This document shows positions 36,538 through 47,910 of a stretch of 64,000 nt of DNA, in pieces (within the stretch, counting starts at the first letter, position 1; each line of letters begins with the position of its first letter). The stretch is from an uncultured Acidobacteriota bacterium (GTDB taxonomy: Bacteria > Acidobacteriota > Vicinamibacteria > Vicinamibacterales > Fen-181): assembly GCA_963776495.1 (NCBI GenBank), contig CAVZMW010000006.1, positions 1,263,954-1,327,953 of the forward strand. The letters run 5' to 3'. A program made the translations under genes and the position numbers. The notes beneath the pieces were generated by a model. It was not told where the DNA came from, did no database searches, and saw only the letters and a list, made by a program, of their open reading frames with translations.

Positions 36538-37554
36538 ATGATCAGCACAGGCGACGGCTTGCCCGGCGGCCGGCAACTCGAGCTGGCTGTTGCCGCGCTG
36601 GTCACCGTGGTCGCCGTCGGGACCCTCGGCTACGTGGTGATCGAGGGGTGGAGCGCGTGGGACGCGTTCTACATGACGATCATCAGCGTGACGACGGTCG
36701 GCTACCGCGAGGTGCACGACCTCTCGCGCGCCGGCCAGGCGTTCACCGTCGGCTTGCTCATCACCGGCGTCGGCGCGGTGTTCTACACCATCACGCTCCT
36801 CGCTGCCGGCATCATCGAATCGCGCGTGCATCCACGCGTCCAGGAGAGGCGGAGGGCGCGCATGATCGACCGACTCACCGACCACTTCATCCTGTGCGGC
36901 GCGGGCCGCATCGGGCTCATCATCGCCGACGAGTTCCGCCGCCAGCACGTCCCGTTCGTCGTCATCGACCGGGACCCCGACGCCGTGCACGCGGTGATCG
37001 AGCGCGGCGACCTCGCGGTCGAGGCCGACGCGAGCCGGGACGGGATCCTCGAGCGCCTGCGCGTCGACACGGCCCGCGGCCTGATCGCGGCGCTCGGCAG
37101 CGACGCCGAGAACGTCTACACGATCATGACGGCGCGGGGCCTCAAGCCGGACCTCTTCATCATCGCGCGCGCCGATTCCGACGACGGGAGGCGGAACATG
37201 ATGCGGGCCGGCGCCGACCGGGTCATTTCCCCCTACCTGATCGGCGCGGTCCAGATGGCGCAGACCGCGCTGCGCCCGGCCGTCGTGGACTTCGTGGAAC
37301 TGGCCACCAGCTCCGAGCACCTCGAGCTGGCGATGGAGCAGGTGGACATCGCGGAGGGGTCCGAACTCACCGCCCGCACGATCCTCGAGGCGAATGTGCG
37401 GCAGCGCTTCGGCGTCATCGTCATCGGCATTCGCCGGGGCAGCGGCCGGATGGAGTTCAATCCGCCGTCCGATGCCGTGATGCTGGCCGGCGACCAGCTC
37501 GTCGTGCTCGGCCGGCCCGAGCAGCTGAAGGGGCTCGAGGCCGCCGCCCGGTGA
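36538..37554 (+). CDS. two-TM potassium-channel-family protein with TrkA-N/TrkA-C (RCK) domains
   Basis: Pore helix plus filter AFYMTIISVTTVGYRE. Rossmann motif FILCGAGRIG. C-terminal TrkA-C. Confidence 0.8.
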   Translation: MISTGDGLPGGRQLELAVAALVTVVAVGTLGYVVIEGWSAWDAFYMTIISVTTVGYREVHDLSRAGQAFTVGLLITGVGAVFYTITLLAAGIIESRVHPRVQERRRARMIDRLTDHFILCGAGRIGLIIADEFRRQHVPFVVIDRDPDAVHAVIERGDLAVEADASRDGILERLRVDTARGLIAALGSDAENVYTIMTARGLKPDLFIIARADSDDGRRNMMRAGADRVISPYLIGAVQMAQTALRPAVVDFVELATSSEHLELAMEQVDIAEGSELTARTILEANVRQRFGVIVIGIRRGSGRMEFNPPSDAVMLAGDQLVVLGRPEQLKGLEAAAR

Positions 37555-37689
37555 GAAGTAAGAAGTAAGAAGTAGGAAGTGCGAAGTACGAGGTAGGAAG
37601 CAGGAAGTGTGAGTTGACGGCGATGGTGGCAAGGTGGCGACGGCGTCGGTACTTCATACGTCGAACCTCGAACTTCGCACGATCGCAGG
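37554..37689. repeat. heptamer array (AGAAGTA x3 then GGAAGTG, CGAAGTA, CGAGGTA, GGAAGCA, GGAAGTG) plus a complementary downstream arm
   Basis: The array starts at the last base of the TGA stop. gtgcgaagtacgaggt (37579-37594) pairs with acctcgaacttcgcac (37665-37680), 15 pairs and one A/A mismatch over 16 positions. The right arm is also 7-nt phased (cgaacct cgaactt cgcacga). Confidence 0.7.
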
Positions 37690-37746
37690 ATGGTCAGATT
37701 CTCCCCTCTGCCCCTCCAGGGCACTGGTGGGCCGGGAAGGCGCCGT

Positions 37747-38663
<917 letters not shown>

Positions 38664-38682
<19 letters not shown>

Positions 38683-39287
38683 CCGGGGGCATCGCGACGG
38701 GGAAGAGCTACGTCCGGGCGCGCGTGGCCGCGCGCGGCGTGCCGACGGTGGACGCCGACGCGCTGGTGCACGAGCTGCTCGGGGCTGACACCGAGGCGAC
38801 CGCCGAGGTCGTGCGCCGGTTTGGCGAACGCCTGCGCGGCGGCGACGGCGCCGTGGATCGCCGGGTCCTCGCCACCCTGGTCTTCGCGGACGCCACCGCG
38901 CGCCACGATCTCGAGGCGATCCTCCATCCCAGGGTCTACGCCGGGATCGAGGCCTGGGCGTCCCTGCAGGCCCGCTCCGGCGCGCGCTGGGTCCTGGCCG
39001 ACATCCCCCTGCTGTTCGAGACCGGGCACGAGCGGGACTTCGACCGCGTCATCGCGACCGTGTGCTCCCCGGACGAGCAGGTGCGGCGCGTGGTGGCGCG
39101 GGACGGGTCCGACGAGGCGGCTGCGCGGGCCCGGCTGGCCGCGCAGTGGTCGGCCGCCAGGAAGGCTGCGCTGGCGACCGACGTCATCGACACCGGGGGC
39201 ACGGTCGAGGCCACCGATGCCCAGGTGGACGCGGTCTGCAGGAAGATGGACGAAGAAGCGACCGACGGCTCGACTTTCGGCCTATAA
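38664..39287 (+). CDS. coaE: dephospho-CoA kinase
   Basis: GTG 38664 overlaps the folD end by 19 nt. P-loop VALTGGIATGKSYV. Also ...LHPRVYAGIE...ADIPLLFE. Confidence 0.85.
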
Positions 39288-39386
39288 TGCCCCTCACCTG
39301 ACACGCGCGGTGCCGGGGCCGTGCCCGCTCGAGCCCCTCCCGGAATCGTCAATCTAGCTGCCAATACAGGTTCGGAGGCGCATCAC

Positions 39387-41066
39387 ATGGCAGGTTTGTT
39401 CATCAAGAAGGACCTGGCGAAACTGATTGCCGACGCGAACGACCCGCTCGCCGGCGAAGCGGTCCACGGCGCTCACGCGGGTGGCCAGCTCAAGCGGACG
39501 CTCACGGCGTTCAACCTGACGATGCTCGGCATCGGCGCCATCATCGGGGCCGGGATCTTCTCGCTCACCGGCACGGCGTCCGCCTATTATGCCGGACCGG
39601 GGATCGTGTACAGCTTCATGATTGGCGGCGTGCTCTGCGCGCTCGCCGGGGTGTGCTACGCGGAAATGGCGTCGATGATCCCGGTCGCGGGATCGGCCTA
39701 CGCGTACAGTTACGCCACGATGGGCGAGTTCATCGCCTGGATCATCGGCTGGGACCTGGTGCTGGAGTACGCGTTCGGCGCGGTGACGGTCAGCACGTCG
39801 TGGTCGGGCTATTTCCTCAGCCTGATGCACAAGACGCTGAACGTCCCGGTGACCGACACGATGCTGCGGCTGACCAAGGGGCCGTGGGAGCAGGTGCTGC
39901 TCAACGACGGCGTCACGCACGCCTTCGGCCTCTGGAACGTGCCGGCCAGCTTCATCGGCCTGGCCGTGGCCGCGATCCTCTATCGCGGCATGCGCGAGAG
40001 CGCGTTCGTCAACAACCTCATCGTGGTCGTCAAGGTCACGATCGTCCTGGTGTTCATCGGCCTCGGCATCAGCGTCATCTCCGCGGACAACCTGTTCGTG
40101 AACCACGCGGCGCACGGCCTGGCCGCCCTGGTGCCGGCCAAGGAACTGATGACGATCAACGGGCGCGAGGTGATGGCCTACGGGTGGGGCCTCAACGGGG
40201 TGCTGACCGGGGCCGGCGTGGTCTTCTTCGCCTACATCGGCTTCGACGCCGTCTCCACGACGGCACAGGAGGCGAAGAACCCAGCGCGCGACATGCCAAT
40301 CGGGATCCTGGGCTCCCTCGTCATCTGCACCATTCTCTACATCCTGGTGGCGGTCACGCTCACCGGCGTGGTCAATTTCAAGCAGTTGGGCGTGCCGGAC
40401 CCGATCGCGGTGGGCATCGACCGAATCGTGGCCCTGCGCGGCTGGTCCCCGGTTGCGCAGACGGTCTTCACGTTCGTCATCAAGCTGGGCGCCCTGTGCG
40501 GGCTGACCTCCGTCATCCTCGTCATGATGATGGGCCAGACACGCATCTTCTACGCGATGAGCAAGGACGGGCTGCTGCCGTGGTTCGGCGCCGTCCACAA
40601 GGAGCACGGCACCCCGTACGTGGCGACGATGCTGACGGGTCTCTTCGTCGCCGTGTGCGGCGGCGTGATGCCGATGAGCCTGGTGGGCGAGCTGGTGTCG
40701 ATCGGCACGCTGCTGGCCTTCGTCCTCGTCTGCATCGGCGTTCCGATCCTGCGGGTGACGAACAAGACGATCGATCGCCCGTTCAAGGTCCCCGGCGGCA
40801 TGGCCGGCGCGTGGATCGTCGGCATGGCCGGCGCGGCCGCGTGCCTCTACGTCATGGGTGGCCTGCCCAAAGACACGTGGCTGCGGCTGATCATCTGGAT
40901 GGAGATCGGCCTGCTGATCTACGGCGGGTTCGGATGGCGGCGCAGCCGGCTGGCGGACCCGGCGACGACGCCGGCACGGGCCAGGGTCCACCTTCCGATC
41001 CTGGTGGTGGCGATCGTGGCGTTCATTCCGACGATCTGGCTCGCGTTCGAGACGTTCGGCAAGTAG
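39387..41066 (+). CDS. APC-family amino acid permease
   Basis: ATG 39387 after GGAGG. Polytopic protein with LTAFNLTMLGIGAIIGAGIF and the ...FFAYIGFDAVSTTAQEAKNP signature of amino-acid/polyamine transporters. Confidence 0.85.
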   Translation: MAGLFIKKDLAKLIADANDPLAGEAVHGAHAGGQLKRTLTAFNLTMLGIGAIIGAGIFSLTGTASAYYAGPGIVYSFMIGGVLCALAGVCYAEMASMIPVAGSAYAYSYATMGEFIAWIIGWDLVLEYAFGAVTVSTSWSGYFLSLMHKTLNVPVTDTMLRLTKGPWEQVLLNDGVTHAFGLWNVPASFIGLAVAAILYRGMRESAFVNNLIVVVKVTIVLVFIGLGISVISADNLFVNHAAHGLAALVPAKELMTINGREVMAYGWGLNGVLTGAGVVFFAYIGFDAVSTTAQEAKNPARDMPIGILGSLVICTILYILVAVTLTGVVNFKQLGVPDPIAVGIDRIVALRGWSPVAQTVFTFVIKLGALCGLTSVILVMMMGQTRIFYAMSKDGLLPWFGAVHKEHGTPYVATMLTGLFVAVCGGVMPMSLVGELVSIGTLLAFVLVCIGVPILRVTNKTIDRPFKVPGGMAGAWIVGMAGAAACLYVMGGLPKDTWLRLIIWMEIGLLIYGGFGWRRSRLADPATTPARARVHLPILVVAIVAFIPTIWLAFETFGK

Positions 41067-41093
41067 GAAGAGAGAAGGCCGGCCCCCGGCCAT

Positions 41094-41156
41094 CGACTTG
41101 CGACTTGCGGCCAGGTCACGAACGACGCGTGATCCAGCCGCAGGTCGCGGGTCGCG
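41094..41156 (+). repeat. hairpin element with heptamer-phased arms and a TCACG..CGTGATC apex
   Basis: cgacttg cgacttg cggc (41094-41111) pairs with gccg caggtcg cgggtcg (41137-41154): 15 Watson-Crick pairs plus 3 T:G positions. The loop contains gtcacgaacgacgcgtgatcc. Confidence 0.7.
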
Positions 41157-41162
41157 AGCCTG

Positions 41163-41711
41163 CTACGTTCCGTCCTGCGGCAGGTATCCCGCGACGAGCT
41201 CGTCCCACTTTCCTTGCGCCCTCAGCACCACCTCGATCAGTTCGCGCGCCGCGCCGGCCCCGCCGTCACGGCGGCTGACCCAATCCACGCGCGCGACGAC
41301 TTCCGGCACGGCGTCGGCGGGCGCGGCGGACAGCCCCGCGCGCGCGAGCACCGGCAGGTCCAGCAGATCGTCCCCCATGAAGGCCACCTGGTCCGCCTCC
41401 AGGTGCTCCTGGCCGAGCACCTCGGTGAAGACCTGCAGCTTGTCCACCGCCAGTTGGCGGACGATGGCGATGCCGAGCTGGGCCGCGCGCAGCGTCGTGG
41501 CGGGGGAGTGCCGGCCCGACAGCAGGCCCACCTTCAGCCCGGCGCGCTGGGCCCAGACCACGCCGGTCCCGTCGCGGATGCTGAACTGCTTGGATTCGGT
41601 GCCGTCGGCCTGGACCAGGATCCGCCCGTCGGTCAGCACGCCGTCCACGTCGAACAGCAGCAGCCGGACGCGGGCGGCCTTGCGCGCGAGATCGTCGGGG
41701 TCGCAGGGCAT
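41163..41711 (-). CDS. kdsC: KDO 8-phosphate phosphatase (HAD family)
   Basis: ATG 41711 overlaps the kdsD stop. Contains RLLLFDVDGVLTDG (HAD motif I) and ...FMGDDLLDLP. Confidence 0.8.
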   Translation of the reverse strand: MPCDPDDLARKAARVRLLLFDVDGVLTDGRILVQADGTESKQFSIRDGTGVVWAQRAGLKVGLLSGRHSPATTLRAAQLGIAIVRQLAVDKLQVFTEVLGQEHLEADQVAFMGDDLLDLPVLARAGLSAAPADAVPEVVARVDWVSRRDGGAGAARELIEVVLRAQGKWDELVAGYLPQDGT

Positions 41712-42713
41712 CAGAACAGCTCTGTGCGCCACAGGTCGTGGAGGTGGACGACGCCTTCCGCCCGCCCGTCGGGCGCGACGACGACGATCGAGGTGATCTT
41801 CCGGCGCTCCATCAGGTTCAGCCCCTCGACGGCCAGCAGCGCGCGGCTGACGGTCACCGGCGTCCTGGTCATCACGTCCCGGGCCGCGAGCTCGAGCACG
41901 CGGGCGTCGGTCATGTGCCGGCGCAGGTCGCCGTCGGTGATGATGCCGGCGAGCCGCCCCTGCCCGTCGACGACGCACGTCATCCCCAGGCCCTTGCGCG
42001 ACATCTCCTCGATGACCGCGCGCATGCCCGTCTGCTCCTCGACCCGGGGCAGATCCTCCCCCGCGTGCATCAACTGCTCGAGGCGCATGAGCCGCTTGAT
42101 CTTGCCGCCGGGGTGGCGGCTCGCGAAATCCTCCTGCCCGAAGCCCTTGCGCACGAGCAGCGCCATGGCGAGGGCGTCGCCCAGCGCGAGCGCGGCCGTC
42201 GTGCTGGCCGTCGGCGCGAGGTTCAGCGGGCACGCCTCCTCGCCGACGTGGCAGTCGAGCGTGACGTCGGCCGTCTCGCCGAGCGTGGAGGCGGGGAAGC
42301 CGGTGATCGTCACCATCCGGGCGCCCACGCGGCGGATGGTCTCGAGCAGCCGCCGGATCTCGCCCGTCTCGCCCGAGTACCGACACGGCGACGACGACGT
42401 CGTCGGGCTGGAGCGCCCCGAGGTCCCCGTGGATGGCATCGGCGGGGTGGAGGAAGAACGCCGACGTGCCGGTGCTCGAGAGCGTGGCCGCGATCTTCCG
42501 GCCGATGAGGCCCGACTTGCCCATCCCGGTCAGCAGCACGCGGCCGCGGCACTCGCACAGCAGGTCGACGGCGGCGGTGAAGGCCGCGTCGATGCGGCCG
42601 ACGAGGCCGAGGATCGCGCCCGCCTCGATGCGGAGGACCTTGCGGGCCAGTTCGAGTTCGGTCGGCGCGTCGTGTGGAACCACGGTGGCCTCACCCCCCA
42701 ATCCGGCGGTCAT
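41711..42713 (-). pseudogene. kdsD: arabinose-5-phosphate isomerase (SIS + 2 CBS), one frame interruption as assembled
   Basis: The N-terminal frame reads ...VLLTGMGKSGLIGRKIAATLSSTGTSAFFLHPADAIHGDLGALQPDDVVVAVS. It continues in the frame of ORF 41711..42439 as YSGETGEIRRLLETIRRVGARMVTITG...CBS...HLHDLWRTELF. The junction is at GTACC 42377-42381 (one extra base). Confidence 0.8.
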
Positions 42714-43543
42714 CGCGGCGCCTTGACGACCGCGTCGATCCGCGCCAGGCGGTCGAGCAGCGCGTCGAGCCGGTCCAGCTTCAGCGCGTTCTGCGCGTCG
42801 CTCCGAGCGTTCGCCGGTTCGTCGTGCACCTCGAGGAAGATGCCGTCGACGCCCGCGGCCACGCCCGCCGAGCCCAGCGGCTCGATGTACTCCGCGAGGC
42901 CCGAGGTGACGCCGTTGCCGCCGCCGGGCCGCTGCAGGCTGTGCGTGACGTCGAAGAGGACGGGGAACCCGAGGGCCCGCATCATCGGCAGCGCGCGCAT
43001 GTCGACGACGAGATCGTGATACCCGAACGCCGTGCCGCGCTCGGTGACGATCACGCGCTCGTTGCCGGCGCCGGTCACCTTCGCCACCGCGTGGCGCACG
43101 TCGTCGGGCGCGAGGAACTGGCCCTTCTTGATGTTGACGGCCCGCCCGGTGGCCGCGGCGGCCAGCAGCAGGTCGGTCTGGCGGCAGAGGAACGCCGGGA
43201 TCTGCAGCACGTCGGCGACCTCGGCCGCCGGCGCCGCGTGCGCGGGTTCGTGGATGTCGGTGAGGATCGGGACGCCGAGGTCGGCCCGGATCCGGCCGAG
43301 GATCCGCAGTCCCTCCGCGAGGCCCGGCCCCCGGTACGACGCGATCGACGTCCGGTTGGCCTTGTCGTAGGACGCCTTGAAGATGAACGGCATCCCCCGG
43401 CGGACGGCGATGTCACGAATGGCGGCAGCGAGGGCCGTCGCGTGCGCCTCGCTCTCGATGACGCAGGGGCCCGCGACGAGCACGAGCGGAAGGCCGCCCC
43501 CCAGGCGAACCGATCCGATCTCGACGGTGCGCACGCCGGACAT
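42710..43543 (-). CDS. kdsA: 3-deoxy-8-phosphooctulonate (KDO8P) synthase
   Basis: 277 aa: LVLVAGPCVIESEAH...FKASYDKANRTS...VNIKKGQFLAP... Confidence 0.9.
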   Translation of the reverse strand: MSGVRTVEIGSVRLGGGLPLVLVAGPCVIESEAHATALAAAIRDIAVRRGMPFIFKASYDKANRTSIASYRGPGLAEGLRILGRIRADLGVPILTDIHEPAHAAPAAEVADVLQIPAFLCRQTDLLLAAAATGRAVNIKKGQFLAPDDVRHAVAKVTGAGNERVIVTERGTAFGYHDLVVDMRALPMMRALGFPVLFDVTHSLQRPGGGNGVTSGLAEYIEPLGSAGVAAGVDGIFLEVHDEPANARSDAQNALKLDRLDALLDRLARIDAVVKAPR

Positions 43544-43585
43544 TATACAGGGAGCCGTCAGCGGGGAACGGGCAGTTGTCAGTGG
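43544..43585. repeat. 42-nt pyrG-kdsA spacer made of six phased heptamers
   Basis: tatacag ggagccg tcagcgg ggaacgg gcagttg tcagtgg. It shares the 12-mer gtcagtggctag with 52146-52157. Confidence 0.4.
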
Positions 43586-45247
<1,662 letters not shown>

Positions 45248-46039
45248 TCAGGCCGGAAGCGACGGCGCCGTCAGGCGCCGGACGCGCTCGAGGTCGGCTT
45301 CCGTATCGACCCCGACGGATTCGTGAAGCGTCTCGACGACGCGGACGCGGACCCCGTGTTCGAGGGCCCGCAGTTGCTCGAGCGATTCGGCCCGTTCGAG
45401 CGGCGTCGGTTCGAGACGCGCGAAGTCGAGCAGGAACGTGCGCCGGTAGACGTACAGCCCGATGTGCCGGAACGCGCGTCGGGCGTCGCGCCCGCCGCCC
45501 GCCTCGCGCACGTACGGAATCGGCGCGCGGGAGAAGTACAGCGCGAACCCGGCCCTGTCGATGACGACCTTCACCACGTCCGGGCTCTCGAGCTCGCCGG
45601 CCCCGGCGAGGCGCCGGCAGAGCGTGCCCATCGGGATCGACGGATCGGCGTCGAGCGGCGCGAGGGCCTCGGCGATGCTCTCGGTGGCGAGCAGCGGTTC
45701 GTCCCCCTGGACGTTGACGACCAGGTCGCACGAGAGCCAGGCGGCCACCTCGGCCACCCGGTCGCTGCCGCTCGCGTGGTCGGCCCGCGTCATCACCGCC
45801 AGGCCGCCGAACGCCTCCACCGCCTCCGCGACCCGCCGGTCGTCGGTGGCCACGACGACGGCGTCAACCGCCGGCGAGGCCGCCGCGCGGCGGTACACGT
45901 GCTCGATCATCGGCCGGCCGGCAATCTCGACGAGCGGCTTGCCCGGGAGGCGGGACGAATGGTATCGCGCGGGAATCACGGCGACGCGGCGTGCGTGGGC
46001 GAGGGAGCGGATGTGCCTGGGGTCCCGATCAGGGTGCAC
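45248..46039 (-). CDS. kdsB: 3-deoxy-manno-octulosonate cytidylyltransferase
   Basis: VAVIPARYHSSRLPGKPL... The start is uncertain (GTG 46039, or the GTG at 45979). Confidence 0.85.
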   Translation of the reverse strand: MHPDRDPRHIRSLAHARRVAVIPARYHSSRLPGKPLVEIAGRPMIEHVYRRAAASPAVDAVVVATDDRRVAEAVEAFGGLAVMTRADHASGSDRVAEVAAWLSCDLVVNVQGDEPLLATESIAEALAPLDADPSIPMGTLCRRLAGAGELESPDVVKVVIDRAGFALYFSRAPIPYVREAGGGRDARRAFRHIGLYVYRRTFLLDFARLEPTPLERAESLEQLRALEHGVRVRVVETLHESVGVDTEADLERVRRLTAPSLPA

Positions 46040-46122
46040 GGCGAATCATAGCACACGTCGCGCGGGCGGCCGACCGAGGGGCGGCGCCCGACAACAGATC
46101 CGCCGCGCCCTGTGTACACGAC

Positions 46123-46199
46123 AGGGGTCGGAGCGGTTTTCTCGGGATCACGATTTCGAAATTCAAAATCGTCATCGGGAGAAAACCGCTCCGACCCCT
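46123..46199. repeat. 77-nt imperfect inverted repeat between sdhB and kdsB
   Basis: aggggtcggagcggttttctcgggatcacgatttcgaa is matched by ttcaaaatcgtcatcgggagaaaaccgctccgacccct. The outer 21 bp are perfect. The inner part has 4 mismatches and the centre is AT-rich. Confidence 0.75.
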
Positions 46200-46221
46200 G
46201 CAGAGGCGGAGCGCCTCGTCC

Positions 46222-47052
46222 TCAAATCGTGCGGGCCGGCGCGTCGGGAATCCCCTCGCGGCGCTTCAGGCCTGCCGGCGACTTGGCGAGCTTCGCCGGG
46301 CAGGGCTGCTTCCAGAGCTTGAGATAGTCGAAGACGAGCTGCCGCTTCATCAACTGGATCGCGCGCGCCGGGTCGACCCCCTTCGGGCAGACGCGCGAGC
46401 ACTCCCCGGCGAAATGGCAGCGCCACGGGCCGCGCTCCCCCGAGAGCACCGCCTTGCGCGCCGCGAACCCGCCGTCACGGCTGTCGTTGTTGTAGCGGTG
46501 CGCCTGGGCGAGCGGCATCGGCCCCGCGTAGAGCGGGTCGGTCGCGCAGGTCGGGCAGGCCGCCATGCAGCACCCGCACTTGATGCAGTACCAGAACTGC
46601 AGGAACTGCTCCAGCTGGTGGGACGTCTGCCAGAACTCGCCGGTCGGGTTCTGCTGCTCGGCGACGTCGTCGCGGATGAGGTAGGGCTGCATCGTGACGT
46701 GCGTGTCGATCATCGGCATCAGGTCGGGCACCAGGTCCCTGATGATCTTGAAGTTCGGCAGCGGGGCCACCGTGACCACGCCGCCCCCGAGCTCGGAGAC
46801 CTGCGTGTTGCAGGCCAGGCGGGCCCGGCCGTTGATGAGCATCCCGCACGACCCGCACACGCCCATGCGGCACGACGAGCGCCACGCGATCGTCGGCGAC
46901 AGCGTCTCCTTGATCCGCTTGATGCCCTCGAGCACCGTCATGCCCGGCGGGTTCGGGATCCGGTAGTCCTCGAAGTGCGGTTCGGCGTCGGTCGTCGGGT
47001 CGAACCTGCGGACGCGAAAGACCACCTCGGTCTGGACTGTAGTGTCTGCCAT
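46222..47052 (-). CDS. sdhB: succinate dehydrogenase/fumarate reductase iron-sulfur subunit
   Basis: CRMGVCGSCGMLINGRARLACNT (2Fe-2S) and CIKCGCCMAACP plus CHFAGECSRVCP (4Fe-4S/3Fe-4S). Confidence 0.9.
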   Translation of the reverse strand: MADTTVQTEVVFRVRRFDPTTDAEPHFEDYRIPNPPGMTVLEGIKRIKETLSPTIAWRSSCRMGVCGSCGMLINGRARLACNTQVSELGGGVVTVAPLPNFKIIRDLVPDLMPMIDTHVTMQPYLIRDDVAEQQNPTGEFWQTSHQLEQFLQFWYCIKCGCCMAACPTCATDPLYAGPMPLAQAHRYNNDSRDGGFAARKAVLSGERGPWRCHFAGECSRVCPKGVDPARAIQLMKRQLVFDYLKLWKQPCPAKLAKSPAGLKRREGIPDAPARTI

Positions 47053-47067
47053 GTGTTCTTCCCCCGC

Positions 47068-47448
47068 CTAGGCGCCGCGCGCCACGGTGAATCCCGCCCA
47101 CGCCGCCCACGTCCCGACGGCGAACAGGACGATGCCAACCGCCAGGATGAGGCCGGAGAGCGCCTTCTTGGTCCCGGTCCCGGGGTTGAGCTCGAAGAGG
47201 ATGTTCCGCAGGCCGTAGAGCCCGTGGAACAGCGCCGCGCCGAGCAGCAGCACGTAGGTGACCATGAAGAACACGCTCTTCGCCCGCACGACGACGTTCG
47301 CCCAGTCGATCGGGTCGCCGCCCTGCGGCGCCGACGCCGCCAGCGGCAGGATCGCGTCGAGGTGCATGATCACCATGTGCAACCCGAGCAGCAGCAGGAT
47401 GACGACCCCGGCGGCCAGATGCCACGTCCACAGACTTTGATCGCGCAC
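47068..47448 (-). CDS. succinate dehydrogenase/fumarate reductase membrane anchor subunit (small, 3 TM)
   Basis: 126-aa hydrophobic protein with conserved-looking His residues (HLAAGV, LHMVIMH, FHGLYG). It lies between sdhA and sdhB. Confidence 0.6.
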   Translation of the reverse strand: MRDQSLWTWHLAAGVVILLLLGLHMVIMHLDAILPLAASAPQGGDPIDWANVVVRAKSVFFMVTYVLLLGAALFHGLYGLRNILFELNPGTGTKKALSGLILAVGIVLFAVGTWAAWAGFTVARGA

Positions 47449-47456
47449 GTCTCCTC

Positions 47457-47891
47457 CTACTTCTTCAGGAATGCGATGCCGCCCACGACCGCCAGGGCCG
47501 CGGCGACGATCATCACGCCGACGGCCAGCGGGCGCTGCTCGTTCACCGAGGTCCGGTACGGGTAGACCGGCTCGATCGGCGCGCCGATGGCGAACCCCAG
47601 CTCGGCCAGCACCAGGCGGATGCCGTTCACCGCGTGGAAGGCGAACGCGGCGAAGACCAGGTACTCACCGACGGTGAAAACGGGTCCGTGCACGGCGCCC
47701 ATGGCCGTCTTCCATGCCTGCTCCCCGAACGCCCGGGCCGAGGTCACGCCGATGTGCAGGAGGAAGTAGAGCAGCAGCCCGAGGCCCGTCACCCGGTGCA
47801 GCGTGTACATGTAGCGTTCGAACCCCCAGCGCCCGCCGCCCAGCCAGCCCGTCATCCCGAGGCGGTTCGGACGTCCCTTGTTCTCAATCAT
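47457..47891 (-). CDS. succinate dehydrogenase/fumarate reductase cytochrome b-type membrane subunit
   Basis: ATG 47891 after GAGG. Contains YMYTLHRVTGLGLLLYFLLHIG and AFHAVNGIRL, with three TM helices. Confidence 0.6.
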   Translation of the reverse strand: MIENKGRPNRLGMTGWLGGGRWGFERYMYTLHRVTGLGLLLYFLLHIGVTSARAFGEQAWKTAMGAVHGPVFTVGEYLVFAAFAFHAVNGIRLVLAELGFAIGAPIEPVYPYRTSVNEQRPLAVGVMIVAAALAVVGGIAFLKK

Positions 47892-47910
47892 GGCTCGCCT
47901 CACTTCCTGG

